A stretch of 64,000 nucleotides of DNA from Candidatus Zhuqueibacterota bacterium. GTDB taxonomy: Bacteria; Zhuqueibacterota; Zhuqueibacteria; Thermofontimicrobiales; Thermofontimicrobiaceae. Below are positions 9,175 to 20,199 of the stretch, one piece after another. Each line of letters begins with the position of its first letter. Positions within the stretch are counted from its first letter, which is position 1. The translations under genes were made by a program, and so were the position numbers. The stretch lies in NCBI GenBank assembly GCA_049322915.1, contig JBMOPW010000034.1:648567-712566 (forward strand), given 5' to 3'. The notes beneath the pieces were generated by a model. It was not told the origin of the DNA, did no database searches, and saw only the letters and a list, made by a program, of their open reading frames with translations.

Positions 9175-10494
9175 TCAATTGGCTGAAGCAATTTTCTGTT
9201 CCAATTCCCTGACCAGATCGTCGTGAGTGAGCGGTGACATAAGGTCGATCCAGTAAAGCTGGAATTTTCCGCTCCGATTGGAATGGAACAACACCTTTCG
9301 TTTGTCTGATGAGAAAGAGGGATAACTATCCTGGCTGGAATCACTCGTCAACTGCTCCAGATTCCTGCCGGTGTTGTTCATCATGTAGAGGTTGTAGCCG
9401 TCGCCGTTCTCAGAGAAGAAGACAATTTTTTTCCCATCCGGAGAAAAATGAGGCGCGCCGCAATTCCCGTTCATGTATGTGAGCTGTTCCACAAGCCCGC
9501 CCTTGGTGTTCATCCGGTAGACCTGGTAGACGCCGCTGACATTCGAAGTGAAGGCGATCCATTTGTCATTGGCGGCCACGGCCGGCGAACCATCGTCCGC
9601 TTCATTCTGCGTGAGCCGGAGAGTTGTCCCGCTGGCGAAATCCTTGAAATAGATGTCGCTCAGTTTCTCGTGGAATTGGACATCACGGTGGTCATCCACT
9701 TCGGAGACGAACACGATCTGCTCGCCTTTTCCGATCAGCGCCGGATACCAATCATCGGCGTCATTTTCCACAGCGCGGGCCACGCTGCCAGTGTTCATAT
9801 CCATGAGATAAATATTTCGATTTTTGCTCAGGCGATCCTTGTGAACAGTGTCGTCTCGCGTGGAAGTGAAAGCGATGATATTATCGCTCGATCCGTACAC
9901 CGGCATTTCGTCCTGATGCGCATTAGTGGTCAGTCGTATTTCCTGAGCGCCATCGGCGTCAATCAGATACAGTTGCCAATTGCCGGTGCGATCGGATTGA
10001 AAGATGATTTTCTTGTTATCCGGGCTGAAACTGGGGAATGCATTGTTATGGTCGCCGCGCGTGAGCTGGTGAATCGGATAAGGTTGGCCCAGTTTCGCCC
10101 GAATTTCAGCCACATAATCTTCGCCCTGGTCGCCTTTCAGAATTTCGAGATACTCGTTGTAGCTGTCTTTGATTTTGTTCTTCTTCAAAAGCAACTCCGC
10201 GCGAACCAGTCTGGCTTTGGCGAAATCGGGATCGATACTCAGCGCGGTATCAATGGTGCCCAGCGCATTATCCACGCTATCCAGATCGGCGTAAGCCGTG
10301 CTGAGATTCAAATACGCGTTGGCATCCTGCGGATTTTCTTTAACCTGCTGGCGAATAACGGACAGTCGATCTGGCTTCGTCGAGGTATCGCTTGTTTCGA
10401 CCAATCCCTTCTGACTCCCGCCGCAACCGAAATACAACATCAGACACACCGCGAAATGAAACGATACTATTTTTAATGGTTTGAAGTGGCTCAT
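9175..10494 (-). CDS. Lipoprotein with TPR repeats and TolB-like PD40 beta-propeller
   Basis: Lipobox-like YFGC; TPR motifs NPQDANAYLNL and IDPDFAKA; repeated PSFSPD/PHFSPDG...F.S.R.G..QLY. Confidence 0.85.
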   Translation of the reverse strand: MSHFKPLKIVSFHFAVCLMLYFGCGGSQKGLVETSDTSTKPDRLSVIRQQVKENPQDANAYLNLSTAYADLDSVDNALGTIDTALSIDPDFAKARLVRAELLLKKNKIKDSYNEYLEILKGDQGEDYVAEIRAKLGQPYPIHQLTRGDHNNAFPSFSPDNKKIIFQSDRTGNWQLYLIDADGAQEIRLTTNAHQDEMPVYGSSDNIIAFTSTRDDTVHKDRLSKNRNIYLMDMNTGSVARAVENDADDWYPALIGKGEQIVFVSEVDDHRDVQFHEKLSDIYFKDFASGTTLRLTQNEADDGSPAVAANDKWIAFTSNVSGVYQVYRMNTKGGLVEQLTYMNGNCGAPHFSPDGKKIVFFSENGDGYNLYMMNNTGRNLEQLTSDSSQDSYPSFSSDKRKVLFHSNRSGKFQLYWIDLMSPLTHDDLVRELEQKIASAN

Positions 10495-10682
10495 GATGCG
10501 AATCCTTTCAAGTTAATGCCCTCTGTCTCCAACCGCACTGCAACGTGATACGTGCCGCTGCACATCTCCCCCATTTCAATTTTGCGATTCAATAATACGG
10601 AATTTTTTATTAATTGTCAAAGTATTTTATATTAAAAAGTTGTTACAAAAACAGATAGTTGACAGCACAACAATTTTTCCGG

Positions 10683-12098
10683 TTACTCCATCGCTCCGTC
10701 CTGTGAAAATTCTATCAGGAATTCATCGGAAAAAATTTTTTCAAAATGATGGTATGATGAGTAAGTCGGTTCAATTTTGTATCTTACTTTATATCGGCCA
10801 TTTGGGATGTTTTTCAAGTCTTTGAACCGCAGCGTCGGCGTTAACTTTTCTTTCCCGAAGACTGAATCCGGTACTGCAAAAATCCGACCATCCCAGATGT
10901 CCTGTTGCATGCCGGTCGCTTTCATGCGTTTCGTCCAAAGGCGTGTGATCAGGTTATTATCCTCATCCAGAATATCCGCCGTGACAAACGCATGCTCGGT
11001 GAGAAAATATCTGAATTTCACAGTGCGGGCATCGGGCAGAGGCGTTGTTTCGAATCGGTAGCAATCGGCGCCCACCCAGTAATACTGCGCGCCGTATTTT
11101 TCAGCGACAAAGATTTGACCAAACCTGCGATACATGGTGATGCCGCGCGGCTCGATAAATTCCCGGTCACCGTCGCCGCGCTGACCGTAGCTCGTCAGGT
11201 ACAGCAATCGGTGATTGAGCTTGTGGATGCAGTGGTTTTTCGCATCGGTGATGTAAATATTGTTGTAATAATCCAGCGCGAGAAATGCGAAGTACGGCTG
11301 TTTCACTCCCATCTGTGACGCCGAAATCAGGCCCAGCACATTTCCCTTCAAGTCGAATTTTTGGAGACGCTGATTCGCGCTATCGATCACCACGACAAAT
11401 TCCTCTTTGAAGTACGACCATCGCTGGCCGCGATCAGTGACGGCTATGGCATCCGGCCCGGACAGTCCTCCCCATTCGTAGAGATAGTCCAAATCCGGCG
11501 AAAAGACCTGGACGCGATGGTTGTCGCGATCCGTGACGTAGACATTGTTCTCGGAATCCAGAGTAACTCCCCGCGGCGCGCGGAACATCCCTGCTGCTTC
11601 GCCCCGTGCGCCGGCCGCTTTTCGGAAGACCAACTCATTGTCCTCGTTGCGCAGTTTCACCACCCGGTGATTGCCGCTGTCACATACGTACACATCGCCA
11701 AACTCATTGGCAGCGATGCCGTGCGGCGCATTCAACCGATGATTCCCCTGCTCGTCCAATCCATACACGCCGATGGATTTCATGGATTTATTGTAGATAA
11801 TATTGTTCTGCCCGGAATTCACGCCGTAGACTGTCACTTCGTCATCGTCGCGAGTGGTTGTGGTATCTTCCCAGGCCCGCAGCCGGACGACGGCCAGGCC
11901 CTGGGGATTTTCAAACTTCACCCGATTATTGGTGAATAAAAACAGGTGAAACTGTGTGGCCTTTCGAATGCCGTAGGTGTGAAGAAATGTAGGGAACACA
12001 AGCGTGGACGGATCCTGTTTCAGGCTCTCTCCGGCATGGGACAGCGCGATGGTGAGCATCAACCACGCGACCAGTCCCTGCCTCACGAGTTCACTCAT
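10683..12098 (-). CDS. NHL-repeat (6-bladed propeller) secreted protein with FlgD-like Ig C-terminus
   Basis: Repeats APHGIA..VYVCDSGNHRV, PRGVT..VYVTDRDNHRVQVF, EPRGIT; ATGA overlap with the uvrC stop sets the start at 12098. Confidence 0.85.
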   Translation of the reverse strand: MSELVRQGLVAWLMLTIALSHAGESLKQDPSTLVFPTFLHTYGIRKATQFHLFLFTNNRVKFENPQGLAVVRLRAWEDTTTTRDDDEVTVYGVNSGQNNIIYNKSMKSIGVYGLDEQGNHRLNAPHGIAANEFGDVYVCDSGNHRVVKLRNEDNELVFRKAAGARGEAAGMFRAPRGVTLDSENNVYVTDRDNHRVQVFSPDLDYLYEWGGLSGPDAIAVTDRGQRWSYFKEEFVVVIDSANQRLQKFDLKGNVLGLISASQMGVKQPYFAFLALDYYNNIYITDAKNHCIHKLNHRLLYLTSYGQRGDGDREFIEPRGITMYRRFGQIFVAEKYGAQYYWVGADCYRFETTPLPDARTVKFRYFLTEHAFVTADILDEDNNLITRLWTKRMKATGMQQDIWDGRIFAVPDSVFGKEKLTPTLRFKDLKNIPNGRYKVRYKIEPTYSSYHHFEKIFSDEFLIEFSQDGAME

Positions 12099-13930
12099 TG
12101 TGCGTCGTCCTGTTGATGAAAAGCGCGCCATATTCGCTCCGCAATGGTGTGTGGAATGCCGGCCACCTGCGCAATTTCTTCGAGGGTCGCCGCGCGCAGT
12201 TTTTTCAAAGAGCCGAAATGTTTGATCAGGCTGCGCCGGCGCTGGTCGCCGATGCCGGGGATGCTGTCCAGCTCGGATCGAGTGGATCGCTGTCCGCGCA
12301 ATTTGCGGTGATAGGTCACGGCGAACCGATGGGCCTCATCCCGAATGCGTTGCAGCAACTTCAATCCGGAGGAGACCTTGGGAATATTCTGCGGTTCAGA
12401 TGATTCCGGTACAAAGACTTCGTCCAACCGTTTTGCCAGCCCGATGATGGGAACGTCGGCCAGGCCGAGTTTCTGCAGCACATCCAGCGCCGTGGAAAGC
12501 TGGCCTTTGCCGCCATCGACGAGGATGAGATCCGGCAGCGGCTGATTCTCTTTGAGCTGTCGGGTGTAGCGGCGCTCAACAGCCTCGGCCATCATGGCGA
12601 AATCATCCGGGGTCGATTTGCCGCGAATCCTGAACCGCCGATATTCGTTTTTCTGCGCCTGACCATTCACAAACGTAACCAGCGAAGCCGTGGCATCGGT
12701 GCCCTGAATATTGGAAATATCGAATGCTTCAATCCGCAATGGCGGATTTTTCAACCGCAGGTCCCGCTGCAGCGCTTTCAGCGAATGCGGGATATAGTCT
12801 TTATCCTTCAGTTTCTGCAGTTTCAGTTCATCCAATAACAGCTTTGCATTCTGCTGCGCCATTTTCACCAGCCGGGCTTTTTCGCCGCGCTGGGGGAAAA
12901 TGATGGCGGTCCGGGTTTCGTATCGCTGCGAAAGCCACTGTTCGAGATTTTCACGGTCATCCAGCGGCACAGGCACATACACTTCCGAGGGAATTATCTC
13001 TGTGTGACCGTAATGCCGGATCAGGAGATGTTCCAGCACGCGGCTCTCTGATTCTCCCTCCACGCCACTGAAATAAAAATGCTGTCGCGCAATGATGCGG
13101 CCCTGGCGCACTTTGAACAGCACGCCGCAGGCGTCATCTTCCTCGGCGTGAATGGCGAACAGGTCTCTGTCAATATCATCCGGGGTGACGATCTTTTGCT
13201 TGTACTGAAAATCTTTGATGGAATGAATCTGGTCGCGAATGCGTGCCGCTTTTTCGAACTGCTGGCTGGCGGCGAACTGCTCCATTTTTTTCGTCAACTC
13301 ATCCACAACGATATTGTCGCGTCCGTTGATGAAATCGACAACATTCTTGACGATCTGCTGGTACTCCGTCTCATGGATGAAACCTTCGCACGGGCCATAG
13401 CATTTTTTGATATGATAATTCAGGCAGACCTTGAATTTGCCGGCAGCGATGGTGCTGTCGGTCAATTGCAGATTGCAGTTACGGATGGGAAAAATGCGCT
13501 TGATAGTCTTCAGCAGCGAACGCATGGAAGCGACATCGGTGTACGGCCCGAAATATTTCGAGCCGTCCCGCACCACATTCCGCGTGGGAAAAATGCGGGG
13601 GAATTTTTCATTCGTGACCCGGATGTAGGGAAAGCTTTTATCATCCTTGAGATGGACATTGTAGCGCGGCTTGTATTCCTTAATTAAATTCGCCTCAAGG
13701 ATCAACGCTTCCATTTCAGAGTCGGTGACAATTGTCTCCACATCTCGGATATTCGCCACAAGCCGGCGTAATTTTGGTCCCTCCTCGCGCCCTTCCTGGA
13801 AATAGGACCGCACGCGATTTCGCAGGACACGGGCCTTGCCGACGTAGATCACCTTTTTATTTTTATCTTTGAATAAATACACCCCCGGGCTGCGGGAGAT
13901 ATTTTCTAATTTTTCTTCGAGTTCGGACAT
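12095..13930 (-). CDS. uvrC: Excinuclease ABC subunit C
   Basis: GIY-YIG (PGVYLF, IYVGKA, LRNRVRSYF), UVR domain, RIEAFDISN, DGGKGQL, RDEAHRFA, C-terminal HhH. Confidence 0.98.
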   Translation of the reverse strand: MSELEEKLENISRSPGVYLFKDKNKKVIYVGKARVLRNRVRSYFQEGREEGPKLRRLVANIRDVETIVTDSEMEALILEANLIKEYKPRYNVHLKDDKSFPYIRVTNEKFPRIFPTRNVVRDGSKYFGPYTDVASMRSLLKTIKRIFPIRNCNLQLTDSTIAAGKFKVCLNYHIKKCYGPCEGFIHETEYQQIVKNVVDFINGRDNIVVDELTKKMEQFAASQQFEKAARIRDQIHSIKDFQYKQKIVTPDDIDRDLFAIHAEEDDACGVLFKVRQGRIIARQHFYFSGVEGESESRVLEHLLIRHYGHTEIIPSEVYVPVPLDDRENLEQWLSQRYETRTAIIFPQRGEKARLVKMAQQNAKLLLDELKLQKLKDKDYIPHSLKALQRDLRLKNPPLRIEAFDISNIQGTDATASLVTFVNGQAQKNEYRRFRIRGKSTPDDFAMMAEAVERRYTRQLKENQPLPDLILVDGGKGQLSTALDVLQKLGLADVPIIGLAKRLDEVFVPESSEPQNIPKVSSGLKLLQRIRDEAHRFAVTYHRKLRGQRSTRSELDSIPGIGDQRRRSLIKHFGSLKKLRAATLEEIAQVAGIPHTIAERIWRAFHQQDDAQ

Positions 13931-14304
13931 ACGGCCAATTTGCGTCGTTTGAATTATAATCGAATAGTAAGGATCAGGCTAAACAAGGATTAAAAATAAA
14001 TCATTATTCATTCAAAATCAAGTGATAATTTGCCGGGGATATCGGACGCCGGGACGTCTGCGCCACTTCTCCCCCCGCAAAAATGGCCGGCGCCTGACAC
14101 AGCCCGGACAGGGAATCCGTGAGAAAGCGAAAAAAAGACTTGATTATATTGTGGTTTCTTCATATTTTTATTTCACTATTTCTATCACGTTAGGCAACCG
14201 GAGAAGCGCGACTCGTTCGATTCAGGCCCATCTCCGGCACGGAGTCGGAACCAGGAATCGGCAACGATGCCCTGGTTTGAAACAAAATCAAAGGATTGAC
14301 AACT

Positions 14305-17073
14305 ATGAAACAGGTTTTCATCGTCTCGCACACCCACTGGGACCGCGAATGGTATCTCTCGTTCCAACAATTTCGGTTCAAACTCATCAAGCTCATCGAC
14401 AAGCTGCTGCACATCATGGAGACGGATCCGCGTTACAAGCACTTTGTGCTGGACGGGCAGACGATTGTCCTCGAAGACTACCTCGACATCAGGCCGGAGA
14501 ATGAAGGTCGCCTCAAAAAATTGATCGAGGACGGGCGATTGTCCGTGGGGCCGTGGTATATTTTGCCGGATGAATTTCTCATCAGCGCCGAAGCCCATGT
14601 CCGAAATTTAATCATCGGGATGAAGGTCGCGCGACGATTTGGAAAGCCAATGAACGTGGGCTACATGCCGGATCCCTTCGGCCACATTTCCCAGATGCCG
14701 CAAATCCTGCACAGCTTCGGATTCGACTCATTCATCTTCACGCGCGGCATGGGCGATGAACTGGAAGAATTGGGCGCTGAGTTTTACTGGCAGTCGCCCG
14801 ATGGCTCGAAAGTCATTACCATCAATCAACCGGCGACGTACTGCGATGGCGCTTCCCTGGGCTACAGCAACGTCGTTCCGCCCTACGGCCATATCGAGCC
14901 GGACATGAGTCTCGCCCGGCAGCGCATCAGCGATATCATCCGGCGGCATGACGCTTATTCCGATCTTCCGGCGATTTTGGTCAACAATGGCGTTGACCAC
15001 ATCGAACCCCAGCCGGAATTGCCGGTGATCATGGATGATCTTCAAAAACAATTTCCGGAATACACCTTTCTCCACGCAAATTTCGAGCATTACATCGACG
15101 CTGTTCAGCCGCATCGCGAGAAGCTCAAAACATATCAGGGCGAGTTTTACCAGGGGAAATATCACATCATCCTCACCGGCGTCCTCTCCACGCGCATGTA
15201 TTTGAAGCAACTCAATTACAGGGCGCAGACGCTGCTGGAAAAATATGCCGAGCCAATTCTGAGCTATGGCCTGGTTAAAGGACTGAACGCCTACCCGGAG
15301 CACTATCTGGAATACGCATGGAAACTGCTGCTGCAAAACCATCCGCACGATTCGATCTGCGGTTGCAGCGTGGATCGCGTCCATCAGGACATGGTGCCGC
15401 GTTTTCATCAGGTCGCTGAAATTGCAGAAAGCCTGGTGATGGATCAGCTCAACGCCCTGGTCGCCAATGACGACGTGTACGATCCCTCCGCCGAAAATCC
15501 ATCGCTCATTGTTTTCAATCCCCTGCCCTATGTGCGCAGTGAAATTATCCGTCGAATCGTCAAATTGCCGACGCCGCTGGCCACGGGCAGTTTGAGCCTC
15601 AGCAATGAATCCGGCGCGCCGGTTCCCTGTTTTGCCACCGTCATTGACCCGATGCCCATTGCCTGGGATTTCACCATTCCCGGCGTCGTCAGTTTCGACC
15701 AGCAAATGGAACGCTACGCGCAGTCATTGAGCTATCTGTACTCCCCGGAATCAGGCAGCGACGCCCGAAAGACGGATGGCGCGTTCAAAATTGTCGCGCT
15801 CCAGTTTTTCGCTGCAAATCTGCCGGGCGCCGGCTACAAACGATACTATCTGAAAAACGACGCGACGCAGGATTGCCCCAAACAGGTGCGGTTGGACGAT
15901 GAAAATTACGTCATGGAAAACGAGCTCGTCGCGGTGAAACTCCATGAAAACGGGACATTCGACCTGACGGACAAACGAACCGGCGTGACCTTTTTCGACT
16001 GCCATACTTTCGAGGATACGGAGGATGTCGGCGATGAATACGACTACTCTCCGGCCCGGGATTCGCAGACGATTTCTTCGTCGAATACCCGGGGACAGGT
16101 GACTGTGATGGAGAAGACGCCCATTTCTGTGAAACTGAAACTCGAAATGGAATTGGAACTGCCGATCAAAATTCGGCCGAATCGAAAAGAGCGGATGAAG
16201 GAGCGCATTCCGTGCTTCGTTTCGACCACATTCTGCCTGGAAGCGGATTCGCCGGTTGTGAAAATCCAGACCAGCTTCGACAATCAGGCGCTGGATCATC
16301 GGCTGCGCGTTCTCTTTCCGACCAATCTGACCAACGACTCCTGTTTTGCCGATGGCCATTTCAGCGTGGAAAAGCGCGATGTCAATATTCCGGGCAGGGA
16401 TTTTTCACAGTGGGCGCAGCCGCCGCTGGGAACGCGTCCTCAGAAAAATTTCGTCTGTCTGGAAGATGGCGTTGCCGGTCTGGCCGTTTTCAACAAAGGG
16501 CTGCCTGAATACGAGATCATCCAATCACCAGTGAAAAATACAATCGCCCTCACCCTGTTTCGCTCGGTGGGCTGGCTTTCCCGCGATGATATTTTGACGC
16601 GGCGTAGCAACGCCGGTCCCAGCCTGGCCACGCCGGACGCGCAATGCCCCGGCCTGTTGAAATTTGAGTATGCCGTCATGCCTTACGCGAAAACCCTTTT
16701 CACTGCCGGCGTTCCGTTGCAAGGGCTGTGCTACCAAACACCGCCGCTGGCGACGTTGATCAACCATCCCTGCGCCTCGGCGGACGATGCCGGCAAGTCG
16801 CTGGTGAAAATATCCCCGGGACGCGTGCTTTTCAGCGCCATGAAAAAATCCGACAATGGCAGCGGCATCGTTCTCCGCGTGTACAATCCTGAGGCGGAAG
16901 GCATAGACGCGCATTTCAGTTCCGATGAACCGCTCCGCAGCGTTCACCTCACGGATTTATCCGAGACGCGCCTGCACCCGGTGGAACTGGCAGGCCGTTC
17001 CCGGTGGACGTATCACGTGCCGGCGTACAAAATAGTGACGCTGGAAATCAATTTCGAAATGAACCATGTTTAA
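14305..17073 (+). CDS. Glycoside hydrolase family 38 alpha-mannosidase (MngB-like)
   Basis: SHTHWDREWY, LDGQ, GPWY..PDE, PDPFGH, NGVDH, NHPHDSICGCSVD; no signal peptide. Confidence 0.93.
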   Translation: MKQVFIVSHTHWDREWYLSFQQFRFKLIKLIDKLLHIMETDPRYKHFVLDGQTIVLEDYLDIRPENEGRLKKLIEDGRLSVGPWYILPDEFLISAEAHVRNLIIGMKVARRFGKPMNVGYMPDPFGHISQMPQILHSFGFDSFIFTRGMGDELEELGAEFYWQSPDGSKVITINQPATYCDGASLGYSNVVPPYGHIEPDMSLARQRISDIIRRHDAYSDLPAILVNNGVDHIEPQPELPVIMDDLQKQFPEYTFLHANFEHYIDAVQPHREKLKTYQGEFYQGKYHIILTGVLSTRMYLKQLNYRAQTLLEKYAEPILSYGLVKGLNAYPEHYLEYAWKLLLQNHPHDSICGCSVDRVHQDMVPRFHQVAEIAESLVMDQLNALVANDDVYDPSAENPSLIVFNPLPYVRSEIIRRIVKLPTPLATGSLSLSNESGAPVPCFATVIDPMPIAWDFTIPGVVSFDQQMERYAQSLSYLYSPESGSDARKTDGAFKIVALQFFAANLPGAGYKRYYLKNDATQDCPKQVRLDDENYVMENELVAVKLHENGTFDLTDKRTGVTFFDCHTFEDTEDVGDEYDYSPARDSQTISSSNTRGQVTVMEKTPISVKLKLEMELELPIKIRPNRKERMKERIPCFVSTTFCLEADSPVVKIQTSFDNQALDHRLRVLFPTNLTNDSCFADGHFSVEKRDVNIPGRDFSQWAQPPLGTRPQKNFVCLEDGVAGLAVFNKGLPEYEIIQSPVKNTIALTLFRSVGWLSRDDILTRRSNAGPSLATPDAQCPGLLKFEYAVMPYAKTLFTAGVPLQGLCYQTPPLATLINHPCASADDAGKSLVKISPGRVLFSAMKKSDNGSGIVLRVYNPEAEGIDAHFSSDEPLRSVHLTDLSETRLHPVELAGRSRWTYHVPAYKIVTLEINFEMNHV

Positions 17074-17115
17074 TCACCACGCCTGCAAATAACCAACGAA
17101 TGGACGAGAGAGGAT

Positions 17116-18351
17116 ATGCGAATTCAGCGTATTTTGAATGAACTTTGTATTTTCAAACATCGGGCATCGGCATCGGAGAATGAACACAAAGCTGCACAAC
17201 ACATCAATCAACTCATGAGAAATCTTGGGCTTGTGGCCAGTCTGGATGCATTCAAATCCCAGCAGCGAATGACCTGGGAACTGGTGACCATCCTGTCATT
17301 TTTTCTCATCGAGATCCTATTCTTTTTCTTTGCGCCTGTTGCTGCCCTTGTCTTTGGGCTGGCCGGTCTCCTGCTTTTCTGGGGATACTTCAGCACGGTA
17401 TTCCGGCCGCTGGGACCGCTATTCCAACGAGCGACATCCCACAATGTCGTGGGAAAGCTGCTGAATCCCGAAGCTTCGTTCAGAATCATCTTCACAGCCC
17501 ATTACGATACTGCCCGCTCCGGGCCGCTGTGGAATCCAAAAACTGTCTCCAATTTCCGCTTCAACTTCCTGTTGGGTTTCTTTCTGCTGGTGATCCTGCA
17601 AGGGGTGGTCGCGCTCCGCATCGCCTCCATCGAATTCATCGGATTGGCCATCTACGCTGTCCTTGCGGGATTGCATGTGCTCGGACAAATTGCGCTGTTA
17701 ATCTACGCCGGACTGAAGGGGGAGTTGGTACAGGGCGCCTCGGACAATGCCTCCGGCGTCGCGGTGATGCTGAATCTGGCCTCTGAGTTGAAACAGGCGC
17801 CGCATCGCGATATTGAATTCTGGTTCGTCGCCACAGGCAGCGAGGAAGTGGGCGCGCTGGGCATGACCGATTTTATGAAGACATACGGCGAAGACATGGA
17901 GCCGAATAACACCTACTTCATTAATTTCGACAATATCGGCAAGGGGAATCTCCACTATTACACGGGCGAGGGCATGCTCAATGTGGTCCGATTTTCCGGC
18001 GACCTCATCGCTGCGGCCAAAAAAGCGACACAGCTCAAGGAATTCAGATCTGTGACGCCGTCGAAATATACGCTGGCCTATACCGACGCCATCATCCCGG
18101 CGAGCCGCGGATGGCAGGCGCTGCTGCTGCTGGCCACCGACGACTTCGGCCGAATTCCCAACTGGCATTGGCCCTCAGACACCATTGAACAAATCGATTT
18201 TGACGTGCCCCGGCTGGCCTCACATTTCACATTAGAATTGCTGCGCAACCTGGAACCTATTCTTGAACAGAAGCGCAAGGTCGAAGATGAAAAAATGAAG
18301 CAGCTCCAGAAGGACATTGCCAACTCGAGCGAAATCAACGGCGACGCTTAA
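17116..18351 (+). CDS. Membrane-associated M28 family metallopeptidase
   Basis: AHYDT, GASDNASGV, GSEEVG, INFDNIG, WHWPSDT zinc motifs; several hydrophobic TM stretches. Confidence 0.88.
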   Translation: MRIQRILNELCIFKHRASASENEHKAAQHINQLMRNLGLVASLDAFKSQQRMTWELVTILSFFLIEILFFFFAPVAALVFGLAGLLLFWGYFSTVFRPLGPLFQRATSHNVVGKLLNPEASFRIIFTAHYDTARSGPLWNPKTVSNFRFNFLLGFFLLVILQGVVALRIASIEFIGLAIYAVLAGLHVLGQIALLIYAGLKGELVQGASDNASGVAVMLNLASELKQAPHRDIEFWFVATGSEEVGALGMTDFMKTYGEDMEPNNTYFINFDNIGKGNLHYYTGEGMLNVVRFSGDLIAAAKKATQLKEFRSVTPSKYTLAYTDAIIPASRGWQALLLLATDDFGRIPNWHWPSDTIEQIDFDVPRLASHFTLELLRNLEPILEQKRKVEDEKMKQLQKDIANSSEINGDA

Positions 18352-18385
18352 ATCGTTACTCCCAAACCGCAATCGATTTTGATTC

Positions 18386-18580
18386 GTGCAAACGTTCGGG
18401 CTGATGATCGGCTACACATCGAAAAAATCGTGGGTACTCGGCGGCGGACTGATTCCCTGCACCGGTGTTGAACGGGTCGTTATCGCTGTCGCCCTGGAAA
18501 TTGGCATCATCGATGCGCGGTTATTCGCATCCATCGTGGCAGTGGTGGCCGTTACAGTTCTCATCACGCCTTTTTCATGA
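18386..18580 (+). pseudogene. C-terminal fragment of a cation:proton antiporter (CPA2-like)
   Basis: LGGGLIPCTGVERVVIAVALEIGII...FASIVAVVAVTVLITP resembles the terminal helices G.GMIPRGE...GII..FS.IV..V.VT..ITP; no N-terminal part and no RBS. Confidence 0.5.
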
Positions 18581-18706
18581 AGTTCACCATTACCAGACTT
18601 GAATTAAAAGCCAACGAATCAAAAGCCTGATTCGGCGAGCAGAGCAGTAGACCAATGCCGGCATCGCCGAATCCGGGGTCATTTCATTCAACACAGAGGT
18701 ATCACG

Positions 18707-19810
18707 ATGAAAACCTATCGATTGCCGCTATTGCCCGGTCCCACCACAGTTCATCAGGAAGTTCTCAATGCTTATCACACCGACTACGGCTCAGCCGATG
18801 TGGAACCTGAGTTTTTCGAACTGTACGAGGCGACTCAGGCCAATTTGCAGAAAATTATGCGCACCAAAAATAAAATCGCGCTGATGAACGGCGAGGCCAT
18901 GGTGACGCTGTGGGGCGCTCTGAAATCCTGCCTCCAGCCTGGCGACCGCGTGTTGGCCATTGCCACTGGTGTTTATGGCTACGGCATCGGCGAGATGGCG
19001 CGCGCGCTCGGTTGTCAAGTCGAGACCGTGGGTTTCAATCACGACGAGGCGGCTGACCCCGATCGCGTGGAAGCAGCCCTGAAAATATTTCAGCCTAAAA
19101 TGGTGACAATGGTGCACTGCGAGACGCCGTCCGGCATACTGAACCCGGCGGCGGAAGTCGGCCAGTTGGTGAAAAGATATGCCGTGCCCCTGTATTACGT
19201 GGATGCGGTGTCCAGCGTGGCCGGCGCGGACGTGAACACCGATGCCTGGGGCATTGACCTCTGTCTGGCCGGTACTCAGAAATGTCTGTCAGCGCCGCCG
19301 GATGTGGGCATCGTTTCTGTGAGCGAATCCGCGTGGGACATCATTCGTCGGGTGAATTATCAGGGCTACGATGCGCTGGCGCCGTGGGAACGCGCGCTGT
19401 CCAACCGATGGTTCCCCTACACACTGTCCTGGCATTCCACGGCTGCGCTGAATACAGCGTGCACGCTCATATTGAGTGAAGGACTGGACCGCGTGTTCCA
19501 GCGCCATCGGGACGTTGCGGATTACTGCCGCACACGGTTGAAAGAAATGCAATTGCACCTGTTCCCGGTGGACGAAGGCAGTTCATCTCCGACCGTCACT
19601 GCGGTGAAAATGCCGGGCAATATTGACTGGTTCACGCTGGATGGCAAATTGCGGTCGCGCGGTCTGGCTTTGGGAAACTCGCTGGAACAGTTGTCCGGCA
19701 AGGTTTTTCGCATCGGCCACATGGGGCAGCAGGCCAATTTCGAATTGGTGGAACACGGCATGGATATTCTGGAATATATTTTGTTGCTTCATCATTGCCC
19801 GATGGCTTGA
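18707..19810 (+). CDS. Class V PLP aminotransferase (alanine-glyoxylate/serine-pyruvate type)
   Basis: LLPGPT, VHCETPSG, VDAVSS, GTQKCLSAPP (PLP Lys), FRIGHMG; GAGGT RBS. Confidence 0.92.
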   Translation: MKTYRLPLLPGPTTVHQEVLNAYHTDYGSADVEPEFFELYEATQANLQKIMRTKNKIALMNGEAMVTLWGALKSCLQPGDRVLAIATGVYGYGIGEMARALGCQVETVGFNHDEAADPDRVEAALKIFQPKMVTMVHCETPSGILNPAAEVGQLVKRYAVPLYYVDAVSSVAGADVNTDAWGIDLCLAGTQKCLSAPPDVGIVSVSESAWDIIRRVNYQGYDALAPWERALSNRWFPYTLSWHSTAALNTACTLILSEGLDRVFQRHRDVADYCRTRLKEMQLHLFPVDEGSSSPTVTAVKMPGNIDWFTLDGKLRSRGLALGNSLEQLSGKVFRIGHMGQQANFELVEHGMDILEYILLLHHCPMA

Positions 19811-19880
19811 GGATGACACACAAATTCTGACGTGGTCATCGGACAGACTTATGTGATTCGTGTTTGTCCGGATACTGCTA

Positions 19881-20013
19881 ATATGAATGACCAGTTGAAA
19901 GCATGTGCAATAAATTCGATACTTTTTGTATTGGTAGTGGACGGTCGCGACCCTCCACTACGCGTATGTCCAATAATTATATAGGCGTCAAAATATATAA
20001 TGGTCATTCATAT
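19881..20013. mobile_element. Small element with 13-bp terminal inverted repeats, inserted into a MITE remnant
   Basis: ATATGAATGACCA ... TGGTCATTCATAT (perfect), flanked by a TGCTA direct repeat. Confidence 0.65.
19934..19961. repeat. GTAG-type REP-like palindrome
   Basis: GTAGTGGACGGTCGCGACCCTCCACTAC. Confidence 0.6.
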
Positions 20014-20199
20014 TGCTAATATTGACCTCACACCAGCACTGTCCTAACAGGCTAATCCTTAGCCATAAGTTGGGGGATATTAACCCTACAACGTCATTTA
20101 GTAAATTTATCACACTATGTTGAGTTTTTCATCTATCAAAAATACAATATACAACGATAATAAATCTATGTGACATAGCAGGGTTAACACATCAAATGG

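Noticed and set aside
10655..10675. ATAGTTGACAGCACAACAATT as a third MarR operator
   Set aside because: The right half-site is broken and the spacing differs; far from the cluster and probably coincidental
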